Below, piece by piece: positions 32,538-44,258 of a stretch of 64,000 nt of DNA. Numbering within the stretch: the stretch's first letter is position 1; each line of letters opens with the position of its first letter. A model generated the notes under the pieces. That model was given only the letters and a program-made list of their open reading frames with translations. It searched no databases and was not told where the DNA came from. The DNA is from Synechococcus sp. (lineage in GTDB: Bacteria; Cyanobacteriota; Cyanobacteriia; PCC-6307; Cyanobiaceae): the NCBI GenBank assembly GCA_047285805.1, contig JBJBCN010000003.1, positions 32,001 through 96,000 on the forward strand, given 5' to 3'. The position numbers and the translations under genes were made by a program.

Positions 32538-33077
32538 TCACTTCTTACCGGTCTTGCCGGCCTTGCGGAGGATGCGTTCGCCCTCGTACTTGATGCCCTT
32601 GCCTTTGTAAGGCTCGGGGGGACGGATGGCGCGAACCTTAGCCGCTTCGTTGCCGACCAGCTCCTTATCGGGGCCTGAGACAATAACGGTGGTGTTGCCG
32701 TCAACGGCGAAGCTCACCCCCTCAGGGGCGATCATTTCGACCTGGTGGCTATAGCCAGCGCTGACGACGAGCTTCTTGCCCTGAACGGCGGCGCGGTAAC
32801 CCACACCGACGATCTCGAGCTTGCGAGTGAAGCCCTTGCTGACACCCTCGACCATGTTGGCAACGAGGGTCCGGCACAGACCATGGCGCTCGCGGGAACG
32901 ACGGCTGGTGCTGGAGGGAGACACCACGATGGTGCTGCCGTCCTGAGCAACGGCCACGCCGTCAGGCAGGGTGCGGCTCAATTCGCCCATGGGGCCTCTG
33001 ACTTTGACGTCGAGGCCGTTGAGGCTGACGGTGACGCCGCCCGGAACGGGAATCGGCGATTTACCAATACGAGACAT
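32538..33077 (-). CDS. rplF: 50S ribosomal protein L6
   Basis: [15 protein letters not shown]. Confidence 0.99.
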   Translation of the reverse strand: MSRIGKSPIPVPGGVTVSLNGLDVKVRGPMGELSRTLPDGVAVAQDGSTIVVSPSSTSRRSRERHGLCRTLVANMVEGVSKGFTRKLEIVGVGYRAAVQGKKLVVSAGYSHQVEMIAPEGVSFAVDGNTTVIVSGPDKELVGNEAAKVRAIRPPEPYKGKGIKYEGERILRKAGKTGKK

Positions 33078-33093
33078 GAATCAATCCCCCTAA

Positions 33094-33495
33094 TCAGTAG
33101 ACGTAAGCAAGCACTTCGCCACCGACGCCCTGCTTGCGGGCGTCGCGGTCGCTCATCACACCTTTGGAGGTGGAGATGATGGCAACGCCGAGGCCGCCCA
33201 GCACTTTGGGGAGCTGACGAGTGTTCTTGTAGATGCGCAGGCCAGGCTTGCTGACGCGCTGCACGGTGCGGATGATCGGCTGGCGGTGCTTACCGCTGTA
33301 CTTCAGTTCCAGTACCAGGTGCTTCATCACGCCTTCACCTTCTTCGGTGATCTCGGCGATGAAACCTTCCTGTTGCAGCACCTTGGCGATGCTGTGGGCC
33401 ATACGAGAAGCAGGCACCTTGGTGGATTGATGACGCTTCTCACTCGCATTGCGAATGCGGGTGAGCATGTCGGAAATCGGGTCGTGATTAGCCAT
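33094..33495 (-). CDS. rpsH: 30S ribosomal protein S8
   Basis: [26 protein letters not shown]. Confidence 0.99.
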   Translation of the reverse strand: MANHDPISDMLTRIRNASEKRHQSTKVPASRMAHSIAKVLQQEGFIAEITEEGEGVMKHLVLELKYSGKHRQPIIRTVQRVSKPGLRIYKNTRQLPKVLGGLGVAIISTSKGVMSDRDARKQGVGGEVLAYVY

Positions 33496-33515
33496 AGGTC
33501 GGGTCCGAAGAGGGC

Positions 33516-34055
33516 TCAGTTGCTGCGGAACGGCATTCCCATCTCACGGAGGAGGGCCCGGCCCTCTTCGTCGTTACGGGCAGTGGTCACGATGGTGATG
33601 TCCATGCCCCGGATGGCATCGATCTTGTCGAAAGAGATCTCGGGAAAAATGATCTGCTCCTTCACCCCGAGGGTGTAGTTGCCACGACCGTCAAAGCTCC
33701 TCTCGCTCACACCGCGGAAGTCGCGGATGCGGGGCAGAGCCAGGTTGATGAGACGCTCGAGGAACGCATACATACGGTCACCACGGAGGGTGACGGCAAC
33801 GCCGATCGGCATGCCCTGACGGATCTTGAAGCCAGCGATGGCCTTCTTGGCGCGGGTCACAACTACCTTTTGACCGGTGATGGTGGCCAGCTCCTCAATG
33901 GAGGCCTCGAGGGCCTTGGCATTGGCGGCGGCTTCGCCGAGGCCCCGGTTGACGGTGACTTTCACCACCTTGGGGACTTCGTGGATGTTCGAGAGACTGA
34001 GATCCTTAAGCAACTTGGGCTGGATCTTCTCCCGATAGTTCTGTTTAAGGGACAT
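33516..34055 (-). CDS. rplE: 50S ribosomal protein L5
   Basis: [16 protein letters not shown]; start MSLKQ. Confidence 0.99.
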   Translation of the reverse strand: MSLKQNYREKIQPKLLKDLSLSNIHEVPKVVKVTVNRGLGEAAANAKALEASIEELATITGQKVVVTRAKKAIAGFKIRQGMPIGVAVTLRGDRMYAFLERLINLALPRIRDFRGVSERSFDGRGNYTLGVKEQIIFPEISFDKIDAIRGMDITIVTTARNDEEGRALLREMGMPFRSN

Positions 34056-34119
34056 GACGGGGAAAGGAGATGCGCTTCTGGTCTTGGTCAGAAGGCGGAC
34101 AAGGTCGATGTAATTGAGA

Positions 34120-34476
34120 TCAGTCGAGGATCTCGCCGGTTTTCTTAAGGCGGCGCTTTTTGGTGCCGTCCTTCTCCACAACGATTTCCACGCGGCTGGC
34201 CACCTTTTTGTCGGTGGAATACAGCATCACGTTGGAGGCGTGCAGGGAGGCTTCTTCTGTGACGATTCGACCGGTTTCGCCTTCCTGGGTGGGCTTCATG
34301 TGGCGGGTGCGGAGGTTAATGCCCTGCACGACCACACGGTTCTCATACGGAAGAGTACGCAGGACCTCACCGGTCTTGCCCTTGTCCTTACCGCTGATCA
34401 CCTGAACTGTGTCACCCTTCTTGATGCGCATCTTGGTGCGCACCTGAGCTTGGGCTTTAGGGGTGGCAGTCGCCAT
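34120..34476 (-). CDS. rplX: 50S ribosomal protein L24
   Basis: [16 protein letters not shown]. Confidence 0.99.
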   Translation of the reverse strand: MATATPKAQAQVRTKMRIKKGDTVQVISGKDKGKTGEVLRTLPYENRVVVQGINLRTRHMKPTQEGETGRIVTEEASLHASNVMLYSTDKKVASRVEIVVEKDGTKKRRLKKTGEILD

Positions 34477-34477
34477 C

Positions 34478-34843
34478 TCAGATCACCTCCGGAGCGAGGG
34501 ACACGATCTTGGTGAAGTTGCGGTCACGCAGTTCGCGAGCCACAGGACCGAAGACGCGGGTGCCCTTGGGGTTGTTATCAGTGCCGAGGATCACGGCAGC
34601 GTTGTCATCAAAACGGATCGAGTTGCCGTTGACGCGGCGCATGGTGGCTTTGGTGCGAACCACCACAGCCTTGACCACGTCGGACTTTTTCACGCCCATA
34701 TTGGGCATGGCGTCCTTGACGGCGGCCACGATCACGTCGCCCACGTGGGCGTAGCGACGGTTAGTGCCCAGTACGCGGATGCACTGGATGCGCTTGGCGC
34801 CGCTGTTGTCAGCGACGTTTAGGAACGTTTCCTGTTGGATCAT
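34478..34843 (-). CDS. rplN: 50S ribosomal protein L14
   Basis: [20 protein letters not shown]. Confidence 0.99.
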   Translation of the reverse strand: MIQQETFLNVADNSGAKRIQCIRVLGTNRRYAHVGDVIVAAVKDAMPNMGVKKSDVVKAVVVRTKATMRRVNGNSIRFDDNAAVILGTDNNPKGTRVFGPVARELRDRNFTKIVSLAPEVI

Positions 34844-34855
34844 CGGGAGCTCTCC

Positions 34856-35107
34856 TCAGCTGGCGCTGCTGTTGTTCAGCACCTCGGCCACGGACCAACG
34901 CTTGGTGCGGCTGAGGGGGCGGGTTTCGGTGATGCGGACGCGGTCACCCACCTTGCAGGTGTTGGCCTCATCGTGCGCCTTGTAGCGCTTGGTGCGGCTC
35001 ACCGTCTTTTGATAGATGGGGTGGGGGAAGCGGTTTTCCACCGCCACCACCACGGTTTTATCCATCTTGTCGCTGACGACGGTGCCGACCCTTTCCTTGG
35101 TTGCCAT
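34856..35107 (-). CDS. rpsQ: 30S ribosomal protein S17
   Basis: [19 protein letters not shown]. Confidence 0.99.
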   Translation of the reverse strand: MATKERVGTVVSDKMDKTVVVAVENRFPHPIYQKTVSRTKRYKAHDEANTCKVGDRVRITETRPLSRTKRWSVAEVLNNSSAS

Positions 35108-35124
35108 AACGGTTACTTAGGGGA

Positions 35125-35334
35125 TCAGGAAGCGGCGGAGCTCTTGCGCTCCGTTTGCACCGTCAGCAGCTGGGCCAGCTTGATGCGGGCGGCCTTGAAG
35201 CGGTGCGGATTCTCGAGACGGCGGGTGGCCTGCTCGAAACGAAGGGTGAACAGTTCGCGACGGGTGTCGTCGATCTGCGTGGTGATGTCGCCGTCGGAAA
35301 GCTTGCGCACCTCGGCGATGTCGGGACGGGCCAT
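35125..35334 (-). CDS. rpmC: 50S ribosomal protein L29
   Basis: ELFTLRF, position between rplP and rpsQ. Confidence 0.96.
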   Translation of the reverse strand: MARPDIAEVRKLSDGDITTQIDDTRRELFTLRFEQATRRLENPHRFKAARIKLAQLLTVQTERKSSAAS

Positions 35335-35336
35335 GG

Positions 35337-35801
35337 TCAGGACTCCACGGTGGTGGTGGCCGCGGCGGCAGCCTGGGCAGCTTCCTGATCCGCCAGGGTC
35401 AGGAACTTGGTCTTCACGGGTAGCTTGTACTGCGCCAGGCGCATGGCCTCTTTGGCGATCTCGGGGGTGATGTCGTCACCTCCCATCTCAAAGAGGATGC
35501 GGCCGGGCTTGATCACAGCCACCCAGAACTCCGGGTTGCCTTTACCGGAACCCATACGGGTTTCAGCGGGGCGCATGGTCACTGGCTTGTCGGGGAAGAT
35601 CCGGATCCAGATCTTTCCTCCCCGCTTGACGTAGCGGGTCATGGCACGGCGGCTGGCCTCAATCTGACGGGAGGTGATCCACCCGCACTCTTGGGCCTGC
35701 AGAGCGAACTCACCGAAGGCGATGGTGTTGCCACGGGTGGCGACACCGCGCATGCGGCCGCGCTGCTGCTTACGGAATTTGACGCGTCTTGGACTCAGCA
35801 T
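35337..35801 (-). CDS. rplP: 50S ribosomal protein L16
   Basis: RMGSGKG, YKLP. Confidence 0.99.
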   Translation of the reverse strand: MLSPRRVKFRKQQRGRMRGVATRGNTIAFGEFALQAQECGWITSRQIEASRRAMTRYVKRGGKIWIRIFPDKPVTMRPAETRMGSGKGNPEFWVAVIKPGRILFEMGGDDITPEIAKEAMRLAQYKLPVKTKFLTLADQEAAQAAAAATTTVES

Positions 35802-35817
35802 GGTTCAGGCCTCCTAA

Positions 35818-36546
35818 TCACTCTTCGTTCGAACGGTCTTCGAACTGTTGGGGCCGACGGCTAGCGCGGCGCTTCGGACTTGCACCCACGGGCACTTTGT
35901 CCTGGCTGCCGGGAAGAACTTCGCCTTTGAAGACCCAAACCTTGATGCCCAGCACCCCGTAGGTGGTGGTTGCCACTTTGGTTGCGTAGTCGATGTCGGC
36001 GCGGAGGGTGTGCAGGGGCACCCGACCTTCACGGCTCCACTCGGTACGTGCAATTTCTGCACCGTTGAGGCGGCCGCTGACCTGCAGCTTCATACCGAGG
36101 ACACCGGCGCGCTGAGCACGCTGGATGGCCATGCGCATGACACGACGGAAAGCAACACGCTTCTCGAGCTGTTGAGCGATGTACTCAGCCAGCAGGAAGG
36201 CATCAGCGTCAACGCGCTCCACTTCAACGACGTTGATCCGCACCTGACGGGCGGAATCACCGATGGTCTTCTGGATGCCGCTACGCAGCTCTTCGATACC
36301 ACTTCCCTGGCGGCCGACGAGAACGCCGGGTCGGGCAGTTTTGAGTTCAACCTCGAGCTGATCTGCCTTTCGGGCGATCACAACGTCGCTGATGCCAGCG
36401 GCGCCGTACTTCTTGTGGATGAACTTACGGATCTGATCGTCTTCCTTCAGGAGAGACGGATAGGTCTTGCTGGGGGCGTACCAGCGGGACCGGTGTTCCT
36501 GGGTGATCCCCAGGCGCAAGCCGGTTGGATGGATCTTGTGTCCCAT
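35818..36546 (-). CDS. rpsC: 30S ribosomal protein S3
   Basis: [30 protein letters not shown]. Confidence 0.99.
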   Translation of the reverse strand: MGHKIHPTGLRLGITQEHRSRWYAPSKTYPSLLKEDDQIRKFIHKKYGAAGISDVVIARKADQLEVELKTARPGVLVGRQGSGIEELRSGIQKTIGDSARQVRINVVEVERVDADAFLLAEYIAQQLEKRVAFRRVMRMAIQRAQRAGVLGMKLQVSGRLNGAEIARTEWSREGRVPLHTLRADIDYATKVATTTYGVLGIKVWVFKGEVLPGSQDKVPVGASPKRRASRRPQQFEDRSNEE

Positions 36547-36565
36547 CGATCGGTGTCCTCGGGGG

Positions 36566-36919
36566 TCAGGCGGCAGGAGCCACAGCAATGCTGATGTGGC
36601 AAGTCTTTTTCTGGATCGCGTAGGCGCGACCCTGGGCACGGGGGCGATAACGCTTCATCACCGGACCCATGTCCGCCGTGGCGGAGGAGATCACGAGGGA
36701 AGCGGGATCGAGACCCAGGTTGTGCTCGGCGTTGGCTACGGCGCTACGCAGGACCTTGGTGATTGGACCTGTGGAGCGGTAGGGCATGAACTCGAGCATG
36801 ATCAACGCGTCGCGATAGCTGCGACCGCGGATCTGATCGAGAACCCGACGAACCTTGGACACGGAACCGCGGATATAGCGGCCGTGTGCCTGAGCTGTAG
36901 TGGATGAGGTGTTTGCCAT
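36566..36919 (-). CDS. rplV: 50S ribosomal protein L22
   Basis: [16 protein letters not shown]. Confidence 0.99.
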   Translation of the reverse strand: MANTSSTTAQAHGRYIRGSVSKVRRVLDQIRGRSYRDALIMLEFMPYRSTGPITKVLRSAVANAEHNLGLDPASLVISSATADMGPVMKRYRPRAQGRAYAIQKKTCHISIAVAPAA

Positions 36920-36923
36920 GTCC

Positions 36924-37199
36924 TCAGCGGCCTCCTTTCTTGTCCTTGATGTGGCCGCGGAAGTTGCGAGTCGGCGCAAATTCCCCCAGCTTGTGGCCCA
37001 CCATCTGCTCAGTCACGTAGACGGGCACATGGGCCTTGCCGTTGTGCACGGCAATGGTGTGGCCGATCATCATCGGCAGGATTGTGGAAGCACGTGACCA
37101 GGTCTTGATCACGGACTTGTCATCGGCGGCGTTCTGCTTCTCAACCTTCCGCAGAAGGCTGTCGGCAATGAACGGACCTTTTTTGAGTGAACGTCCCAT
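36924..37199 (-). CDS. rpsS: 30S ribosomal protein S19
   Basis: [21 protein letters not shown]. Confidence 0.99.
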   Translation of the reverse strand: MGRSLKKGPFIADSLLRKVEKQNAADDKSVIKTWSRASTILPMMIGHTIAVHNGKAHVPVYVTEQMVGHKLGEFAPTRNFRGHIKDKKGGR

Positions 37200-37234
37200 A
37201 GCGGTTTAAACGAACAGCAAAGCGGTGAGGTTGA

Positions 37235-38098
37235 TCAGGAATCGCGTCCGCCACGGCTCCGCTTGGAGGTGCGGCGACGTTTCCGGAGCACAAACCGATT
37301 GCTGGGTTTGTTCCGCTTGCGGGTCTTGAGGCCCAGAGCAGGCTTGCCCCAAGGGGTGACAGGGCCTGAACGGCCGATCGGAGCGCGGCCCTCGCCACCA
37401 CCATGGGGGTGATCGCAGGGGTTCATCACGCTGCCTCGGACCTGAGGACGACGACCCAGCCAGCGGCGACGACCGGCCTTACCGAGGCTGGTGTTCCGAA
37501 CCTCGGAGTTGCCGACTTCGCCGATGGTGGCGTAGCACTCACGGCGCACCAGGCGCACCTCGGTGGAGGGCAGCTTGAGGGCGACGTAGTCACCTTCTTT
37601 GGCCATCACCTGGGCGCTGGCACCAGCGGTACGAACCATCTGGCCGCCGCGACCGGCGTAGAGCTCAACGCAGTGAACGCTGGAGCCCAGGGGGATCTCC
37701 GAGAGGGGCAGGGCGTTGCCGGTCTCGATCGGAGCATCGGGTCCGGAGACCACGGTGGAGCCCACGGTCACGCCAGCTGGAGCCAGGATGTAACGCTTCT
37801 CGCCATCGGCGTAGAAGAGCAAAGCCAGGCGGGCGTTGCGGTGGGGGTCGTAGTGGATCGCTGCCACCTTCGCGACCACGCCGTGCTTGTTGCGGCGGAA
37901 GTCAACGAGGCGATAGAGGCGCTTGTGGCCACCGCCGCGATGGCGGCAGGTGATCACACCACGGTTGTTGCGACCTTTGCGCTGGTGCTTGGCCACCACC
38001 AGGCCCCTTTCACGACCACGACCGGTGACTTCAGCGAAATCGCTGGCGACACGGGTGCGGGTGCCGGGGGTGATGGGGCGGTACTTACGGATTCCCAT
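37235..38098 (-). CDS. rplB: 50S ribosomal protein L2
   Basis: [20 protein letters not shown]. Confidence 0.99.
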   Translation of the reverse strand: MGIRKYRPITPGTRTRVASDFAEVTGRGRERGLVVAKHQRKGRNNRGVITCRHRGGGHKRLYRLVDFRRNKHGVVAKVAAIHYDPHRNARLALLFYADGEKRYILAPAGVTVGSTVVSGPDAPIETGNALPLSEIPLGSSVHCVELYAGRGGQMVRTAGASAQVMAKEGDYVALKLPSTEVRLVRRECYATIGEVGNSEVRNTSLGKAGRRRWLGRRPQVRGSVMNPCDHPHGGGEGRAPIGRSGPVTPWGKPALGLKTRKRNKPSNRFVLRKRRRTSKRSRGGRDS

Positions 38099-38113
38099 AG
38101 TTCTTCAGACCCC

Positions 38114-38416
38114 TCAGGCTTCAGGGAACAGCTGGATGGCATTGCCATCGGCAAGGCGAACCACAGCCTTCTTCACCTGGGCACGCTTGCCGGCGAATCG
38201 GCCCACGCGGCGGGCGCGGCGAGGAGGGTTCATGGTGCTCACACCAACGACTTTGACGTCGAACAGTTGCTCAACGGCAGCCTTGATGTCGGGCTTAGCG
38301 GCCCGATGGTCCACCTCGAAGGTGTACTGATTGAGCTCGATGGCGCGGGTGGCCTTTTCAGTAATCAGTGGCCGACGGATCACATCCGCCAGGCGACCTT
38401 GAAAGCGTTCAGTCAT
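38114..38416 (-). CDS. rplW: 50S ribosomal protein L23
   Basis: PLITEKA, KKAVVRL. Confidence 0.99.
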   Translation of the reverse strand: MTERFQGRLADVIRRPLITEKATRAIELNQYTFEVDHRAAKPDIKAAVEQLFDVKVVGVSTMNPPRRARRVGRFAGKRAQVKKAVVRLADGNAIQLFPEA

Positions 38417-39044
38417 CGCCGTAAACCTCCTGAATCTTCGCGAGTGCTTCCTCGCTTACCACCAAGGAATTGGCGTGGAGCAGGTCGAACACGTTGAGCT
38501 GATCGGCGGCGATCAGCTTCACCTTTTCGAGGTTGCGCACGGAGCGGCGCACCACCTCGCTGGGGGCATCCAGCACCACCAGCACCTTGGAGCCATCGGC
38601 GATGCCGAAGCGGCTCAGGGCAGCGGTGATTTCTTGGGTCTTCGGGGTTTCGAGACCCGAAGCAAAACCCTTTACCACGGTGATGTCAGCGGCGCGGCTC
38701 ATCAGCGCAGTGCGCAGAGCCAGACGACGCTCCTTTCGGTTCATCGCAATGGTGTAGCTGCGGGGCTTAGGCCCGAACACCACACCACCACCGGGACGCA
38801 GGGGAGTCCGGATCGAACCCTGACGGGCGCGCCCGGTGCCCTTCTGCTTGTAGGGCTTGCGGCCACCGCCGGCCACCTCAGCGCGGGTGAGGGTGCTGGC
38901 CGTGCCCTGACGGACATTGGCGAGCTGACGCACCACAGCGCGGTGCACCAGATCATTAGCGGAGCTTTCCTTAGCGACTTTCAGGTCAAGGCTGGCATTG
39001 CCGGCCTCTTTGCCCTGCCAGTCGCGAACAACACAGTTAGCCAT
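38409..39044 (-). CDS. rplD: 50S ribosomal protein L4
   Basis: [15 protein letters not shown]. Confidence 0.99.
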   Translation of the reverse strand: MANCVVRDWQGKEAGNASLDLKVAKESSANDLVHRAVVRQLANVRQGTASTLTRAEVAGGGRKPYKQKGTGRARQGSIRTPLRPGGGVVFGPKPRSYTIAMNRKERRLALRTALMSRAADITVVKGFASGLETPKTQEITAALSRFGIADGSKVLVVLDAPSEVVRRSVRNLEKVKLIAADQLNVFDLLHANSLVVSEEALAKIQEVYGDD

Positions 39045-39055
39045 CTCTGTCCTCC

Positions 39056-39703
39056 TCAGTTCGCGGCTTTGGCGCCCACCCGCTTAGCGGGGAGGATGTT
39101 CAGCAGGGCTCCGGGCTTGCCGGGAACCGAGCCTTTCACCACGAGCAGGTTGCGCTCAGCATCCACTTTGAGGATGGTGAGACCGCGGGTGGTGATCTGC
39201 TTGCCGCCGTAGCGACCAGCCATGCGCTTGCCGGGGTACACGCGGCCGGGGGTAGTACCGGCACCGGTGGAACCAGGCTCGCGGTGGTTCTTTGAACCGT
39301 GGGTCATAGGGCCGCGGCTGAAACCGTGGCGCTTTTGGTAGCCAGCGAAACCACGACCAATGGTGTCGCCGCTCACATCGACCTTCTGGCCCGCCTCAAA
39401 GGCGGCCACGGTGACGGCACCACCAAGTTCCAGACCGTCGACGGTGTCGACGCGGTATTCCTTCAGGTGGCGCAGCAGCTCGTCGCCCGACTTAGTCAGG
39501 TGGCCCTTAGCGGGCTTGCTGACGAGCTTGTCGCGGATATCACCGAAGCCCAGCTGAACGGCCATATAGCCGTCGGTGCTGTCGGTTTTGAGTTGGGTAA
39601 TGCGGCAAGGACCTGCCTCGATCACGGTGACCGGGATGGCCCTGCCTTCGTCGTCGAAGAACTGGGACATGCCCAGTTTCTTCCCAAGAATGCCGATGGA
39701 CAT
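39056..39703 (-). CDS. rplC: 50S ribosomal protein L3
   Basis: [22 protein letters not shown]. Confidence 0.99.
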   Translation of the reverse strand: MSIGILGKKLGMSQFFDDEGRAIPVTVIEAGPCRITQLKTDSTDGYMAVQLGFGDIRDKLVSKPAKGHLTKSGDELLRHLKEYRVDTVDGLELGGAVTVAAFEAGQKVDVSGDTIGRGFAGYQKRHGFSRGPMTHGSKNHREPGSTGAGTTPGRVYPGKRMAGRYGGKQITTRGLTILKVDAERNLLVVKGSVPGKPGALLNILPAKRVGAKAAN

Positions 39704-40029
39704 AAGGAGGGAGATACGCCAGCTGGACCACCACTCACGGGGAGCGGCGTTACTGAATCGAGTGACGCAAGTAACCGATGGAGCTGAGATTTCCGGTTAA
39801 GTCGGAACTTCAGTGGACCAATGCGGCGGAGCTAGCGACTCGAATCAGTGGGGGCTGGGACTTGCTCAGAAGAAGAGGCCAAAGGCGACTTCAAGTAGAA
39901 GCAGTATCCCGGCGACTCGTAAGAGCCACACGGGCCCGGGAAGGCCGCCACCACTGGCGACCTTGTGCATTGCCCTGGAGGCCCGGCTAGCGGACGGGCA
40001 CAGTTGCAATTGCACAAGCGAACACCATA
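39704..40029 (-). promoter_or_regulatory. Long structured 5' leader of the rplC operon with putative -10 element
   Basis: TATGGT at 40024-40029 (minus); hairpins at 39962-40018, 39784-39813 and 39747-39768. Confidence 0.6.
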
Positions 40030-40094
40030 CCTCAGCGCTCACCACCCTTCCCCTGCGATCAGCTGCCAGACTTCCCGGAGAGCTGATCAGCCCC

Positions 40095-40562
40095 ATGCCC
40101 CTCCTGCTCACCGGCCGCGGTTTCCGCCAAGAGCTGGAGCGGGCGGGTGTCCTCGCGTTGTATGCACCATTAGAGGGTGGCGCCGAAACCCGGCTGCTGC
40201 GCCGGATGCGTGCCGCCGGCTACCGCGCCCAGCTGACCTCGGCCCGTGGCCTCGGAGACCCCGAAGCCTTCCTGCTCCAGTCCCACGGCGTCCGTCCGCC
40301 CCACTTGGGGCACCAATGCGTCGGACGCGGCGCGGCCGTTGGCGAGGTGCAGATGGCGACCCCGCAGCTGGGTCATCTCTTTGAAGGGAAAGCCCAGGTC
40401 CTGCTCTGGCTCCTCGAGGGCCAGGTCCTCTCTACGGGCGAGCTCCAAGCCCTGATCAACCTCACCGAACGCGAACCCCGGCTAAAGATCGTGGTCGAGA
40501 TGGGCGGCGCCCGTGCCCTGCGCTGGCAGCCCCTGAGCTCTGTTCTGACCGCAGCCGCTTGA
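40095..40562 (+). CDS. ndhN: NAD(P)H-quinone oxidoreductase subunit N
   Basis: [36 protein letters not shown]. Confidence 0.95.
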   Translation: MPLLLTGRGFRQELERAGVLALYAPLEGGAETRLLRRMRAAGYRAQLTSARGLGDPEAFLLQSHGVRPPHLGHQCVGRGAAVGEVQMATPQLGHLFEGKAQVLLWLLEGQVLSTGELQALINLTEREPRLKIVVEMGGARALRWQPLSSVLTAAA

Positions 40563-41575
40563 CCCCGGACGCGGCCCTTCAGAGCGGCCGCTGGGTCAAG
40601 TTGATTTGCGGAGCTGGCAACCAGGACCTGGCGGCCATTGAGGACCTCTGCGCGCTCTACACCGCGGCGGGTATTCACTGCATTGACATCGCCGCCGACA
40701 CCGGCGTCGCGGAGGCCGCGAGGCGCGGGATGGACTGGGCCCTCACCCGGGGGGCCCAGCGGCCCTGGCTGATGGTCAGCCTCAGCGACGGGGCAGACCC
40801 CCACTTCCGCAAGGCGAGCTTTGACCCCAGCCGTTGTCCAAGCGATTGCCCCAGGCCCTGCCAAAAGGTATGTCCGGCCTTGGCCATTGGGAACGACGGT
40901 GGCGTCCTGGCCCAGCGCTGCTATGGCTGTGGCCGCTGCCTGCCGGCCTGCCCCCTGGGGCTGATCGAGGACCACCAGCAGTGGCTCGACGCCGAAGCGG
41001 TCCCGGCACTGCTGCGGACCATTACCCCTGATGCGGTGGAGCTGCACACGCAAGCGGGACGGCAAGCGGCCTTTGAAACGCGGCTCAATCAGCTCAAGAC
41101 CAGCGGCATTCCACTGCAGCGCGTTGCGGTGAGCTGCGGGCTCGAGCGGGGCGCCGGCAGCCAGGAGGCCCCAGCCCTCAGCCCGCAGGAGCTCGCCGCG
41201 GAACTCTGGCTTCGCTTTGACGCCCTGCGCCGGGCGGGCTACCGGCCGCTCTGGCAGCTCGATGGCCGGCCCATGAGCGGTGATGTCGGTGCTGGAACGG
41301 CTCGCTCCGCCGTGAAGTTGCTGGAGGAGATCACCCCCTGGGCACCGCCAGGGCCGCTTCAACTGGCGGGAGGAACCAACGCCAAAACCATTGCGCTGCT
41401 GGCCCCCCACGCACGAGCCGCTGGGGTGGCGTTTGGCGGCATGGCCCGCAGCCTGCTGCAACCCTGGCTACAGGACGCGGAGGAGCGCGGCAAACCCCTC
41501 CGGGAGATCCCGGCGCTCGAAGCGGTCGCCAGCCAGAGCGTGAGGGCTTTAATCCAACCCTGGATCGAGCGCTAA
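40559..41575 (+). CDS. ldpA: Light-dependent period modulator LdpA (two 4Fe-4S clusters)
   Basis: [49 protein letters not shown]. Confidence 0.93.
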   Translation: MTPDAALQSGRWVKLICGAGNQDLAAIEDLCALYTAAGIHCIDIAADTGVAEAARRGMDWALTRGAQRPWLMVSLSDGADPHFRKASFDPSRCPSDCPRPCQKVCPALAIGNDGGVLAQRCYGCGRCLPACPLGLIEDHQQWLDAEAVPALLRTITPDAVELHTQAGRQAAFETRLNQLKTSGIPLQRVAVSCGLERGAGSQEAPALSPQELAAELWLRFDALRRAGYRPLWQLDGRPMSGDVGAGTARSAVKLLEEITPWAPPGPLQLAGGTNAKTIALLAPHARAAGVAFGGMARSLLQPWLQDAEERGKPLREIPALEAVASQSVRALIQPWIER

Positions 41576-41591
41576 TCGCTAGAACGCCCCC

Positions 41592-43265
41592 ATGGCTTCA
41601 AGCCCGCAACGCATCACCGACGACCTTGATCGGCTGCTCGAGGTCCTGCCCAAGGCCGTACGAGAGGCCCTGGCGCCAGCGGAGGCCCGCGACCAATTGC
41701 TCGAGGTCGTGCTGGATCTGGGCCGGATCGCCGAGGCCCGCTACCCGGGACGCGCCGTCGCCCTCGGGGAATCCCCCATGGAACGCAGCGACCTGGCCGC
41801 CGTCGTCGACCAACTCGGCTCCTTTGGAGGCGACAACCGCGCTGGGATAGAGCGGACCCTCCACCGCATCAGCGCCATTCGCAACCGCAGCGGCGATGTC
41901 GTCGGACTGACCTGCCGGGTCGGGCGGGCGGTCTTCGGCACCGTGGCCATGGTGCGCGACCTGATGGATTGCGGTCAGTCCCTCCTGCTGATGGGACGAC
42001 CCGGCGTCGGCAAAACGACCGCCCTGCGCGAAATCGCCCGTGTTCTCGCGGATGAGCTGGAGAAACGGGTCGTGGTGATCGACACCAGCAACGAGATCGC
42101 CGGAGATGGGGACATCCCGCACCCCGCGATCGGACGGGCGCGCCGGATGCAGGTGATACGGCCTGAGCTGCAGCACCAGGTGATGATCGAGGCCGTCGAA
42201 AATCACATGCCCGAGGTCATCGTCATCGATGAGATCGGGACCGAACTGGAAGCCCAGGCGGCGCGCACCATTGCCGAGCGGGGCGTGATGTTGGTGGCGA
42301 CCGCCCACGGCAATGAGCTAGCCAATCTGGTCAAGAACCCCACCCTCAGCGACCTGGTGGGCGGCATCGAGTCAGTCACCCTGGGCGATGAGGAAGCCCG
42401 CCGCCGCCGCACCCAAAAGACCGTCCTCGAACGGGCCGCGGAACCGACCTTCCCCCTCGCCGTGGAAATGCACAGCCGCGACCGCTGGCTGGTGCACCGC
42501 GATGTCGCTCGCACGGTCGATTTACTGCTGCGGGGTCAACTGCCGCGTCCCCAGGTCCGGCAACTCGATGCCGAGGGGCGACTGAAGCTCAGCGAACCGG
42601 TGGCGCCCGCCATCAGCAGCCCCAAACCGCCACCACTGGGGCGCCTGCAGGATGCCTCGGTGGTCTCCAGTGGCGTCTCCAGCCAGCCGCCCCTCGCCCG
42701 GCGGCCCCTGCCGGACCCGGAGGCGAGCAAAACGACCGAAGCACCAGTCCCAGAAAAGCCCCTGCATCTTTTCAACGCGGGGCTCAGCGAGCCCTTGATC
42801 GAGCAGGCGATCCGCGGCCGTCGCCTGCCTGTGCAACTCGTGGAGGAGGTAGAGGAAGCCGATGTGGTTCTGGCGGCCAGGCAACAGCTGGGCCACCGCC
42901 CTGAGCTGCGCCGGCGCGCCCAGGACGCGGGCCTGCCGATCCTCGTGATCAAAGCCGACACCCTTCCCCAGATTCAGCGCGGACTCGAGCGCTTGCTGCA
43001 GCGCCGTGAGGATTGCCCGGGGGGCAGCGCTGCAACGGAAGAACCCGCACCAGGGAGTAGTCCCAGGGACGATGTCTTCGAAGCCCTGGAAGAATGCCGC
43101 CTGGCCGTTGAGCAAGTCGTCCTCCCCCAAGGTCAGCCGGTGGAATTGCTGCCCCGAACGGAAGCCATCCGAAAGATGCAAGCGGAACTGGCGGCCCGCT
43201 ACCAACTGACTTCAGCGGAGTTCGGCAGCGGCAGCCAGCAGCGCCTCAGGCTCTTCCCGCGCTGA
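41592..43265 (+). CDS. ycf45: Ycf45/SpoIIIAA-like AAA ATPase with a C-terminal R3H-like domain
   Basis: GRPGVGKTT, DTSNEIAGDG, IEAVENHMP, IDEIG. Confidence 0.88.
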   Translation: MASSPQRITDDLDRLLEVLPKAVREALAPAEARDQLLEVVLDLGRIAEARYPGRAVALGESPMERSDLAAVVDQLGSFGGDNRAGIERTLHRISAIRNRSGDVVGLTCRVGRAVFGTVAMVRDLMDCGQSLLLMGRPGVGKTTALREIARVLADELEKRVVVIDTSNEIAGDGDIPHPAIGRARRMQVIRPELQHQVMIEAVENHMPEVIVIDEIGTELEAQAARTIAERGVMLVATAHGNELANLVKNPTLSDLVGGIESVTLGDEEARRRRTQKTVLERAAEPTFPLAVEMHSRDRWLVHRDVARTVDLLLRGQLPRPQVRQLDAEGRLKLSEPVAPAISSPKPPPLGRLQDASVVSSGVSSQPPLARRPLPDPEASKTTEAPVPEKPLHLFNAGLSEPLIEQAIRGRRLPVQLVEEVEEADVVLAARQQLGHRPELRRRAQDAGLPILVIKADTLPQIQRGLERLLQRREDCPGGSAATEEPAPGSSPRDDVFEALEECRLAVEQVVLPQGQPVELLPRTEAIRKMQAELAARYQLTSAEFGSGSQQRLRLFPR

Positions 43266-43374
43266 GCCAGAGGGCCGAGATGGCCCAGCGAGATTGACGA
43301 AGGTCGACCCGTTGTGGGTAACTATCTGAGTGCTCCTGACACCACCAGTTCCTGGGGGATCTCAAGCAGCGCGT

Positions 43375-43446
43375 TGGGCCGTCGCCAAGTGGTAAGGCAG
43401 CGGGTTTTGGTCCCGCCATTCCTAGGTTCGAATCCTAGCGGCCCAG
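43375..43446 (+). tRNA. tRNA-Gln(TTG)
   Basis: TGGGCCGTCGCCAAGTGGTAAGGCAGCGGGTTTTGGTCCCGC...GGTTCGAATCCTAGCGGCCCAG. Confidence 0.96.
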
Positions 43447-43486
43447 TTTTCAAAGATCCAAGCCACTGCAAGGGCTTTGGAGCGTC

Positions 43487-44236
43487 ATGAGCCTCCAACC
43501 ACTGCTGGTTTTTGATTTTGACGGCGTCCTTGTGGACGGTATGCGGGAGTACTGGTGGAGTGCCCGCCGGACAGCGCTCTTCCTGGCCCCCAGCTGTCAG
43601 CTGCCGGACCTGGCACCGGACGCGTTTGCCGCGCTGCGACCACTGATTCACAAGGGCTGGGAGATGGTCATCGTGGCCCTCGAACTGTCTCGAAGCGACC
43701 TGGATGTCGCGCACTACCTCAGCGACTACGACAACCACACACAAGCCGCTCGCGAGCGCTGGGGCTTTTCCCCAGACCAGCTGCAAAGCACCCTCGAAGC
43801 CCTGCGCAGCGAAGCCATCCAAACGGATCCCGCGGCTTGGCGGGCCCTGCACAGCACCTATCCAGGCATCCCCGAGCGCCTGCGTGCCCTCGAGGCCGAA
43901 GGCAGCCCCTGGCTGGTGCTGACCACCAAAGGCGGAGCCTTCGCCCGTGAACTCCTCAGCGGCTACGGCCTGCAGCCCCAGGCGGTCTATGGCCACGAGC
44001 AAGGCAGCAAGCCAGAGGTTCTGCTGCGGCTCAAGGAGCAAGAACGCCCCCTCTGGTTCGTCGAAGACCGCAGGATCACCCTGGAAACCATTCGTCTGAC
44101 CGCGGGCCTAGAAGCAGTGCGCTGCTTCCTCGTCACATGGGGCTACCTGGGCCCCCAAGACCGGCAGGGCCTGCCAAACGGCATCCAACTGCTGGAACCA
44201 ATGCAGTTCGAGCAGCCCTTGGCGAGCTGGCCCTAA
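43487..44236 (+). CDS. HAD-superfamily hydrolase
   Basis: FDFDGV (DxD), TTK, FVEDR, WGY. Confidence 0.9.
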   Translation: MSLQPLLVFDFDGVLVDGMREYWWSARRTALFLAPSCQLPDLAPDAFAALRPLIHKGWEMVIVALELSRSDLDVAHYLSDYDNHTQAARERWGFSPDQLQSTLEALRSEAIQTDPAAWRALHSTYPGIPERLRALEAEGSPWLVLTTKGGAFARELLSGYGLQPQAVYGHEQGSKPEVLLRLKEQERPLWFVEDRRITLETIRLTAGLEAVRCFLVTWGYLGPQDRQGLPNGIQLLEPMQFEQPLASWP

Positions 44237-44244
44237 CCCGCTAG

Positions 44245-44258
44245 GGTACGCCTGTACT
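44245..44258 (+). promoter_or_regulatory. Cyanobacterial LexA box upstream of recA
   Basis: GGTAC-GCC-T-GTAC-T fits RGTAC-NNN-D-GTWC-B. Confidence 0.75.
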
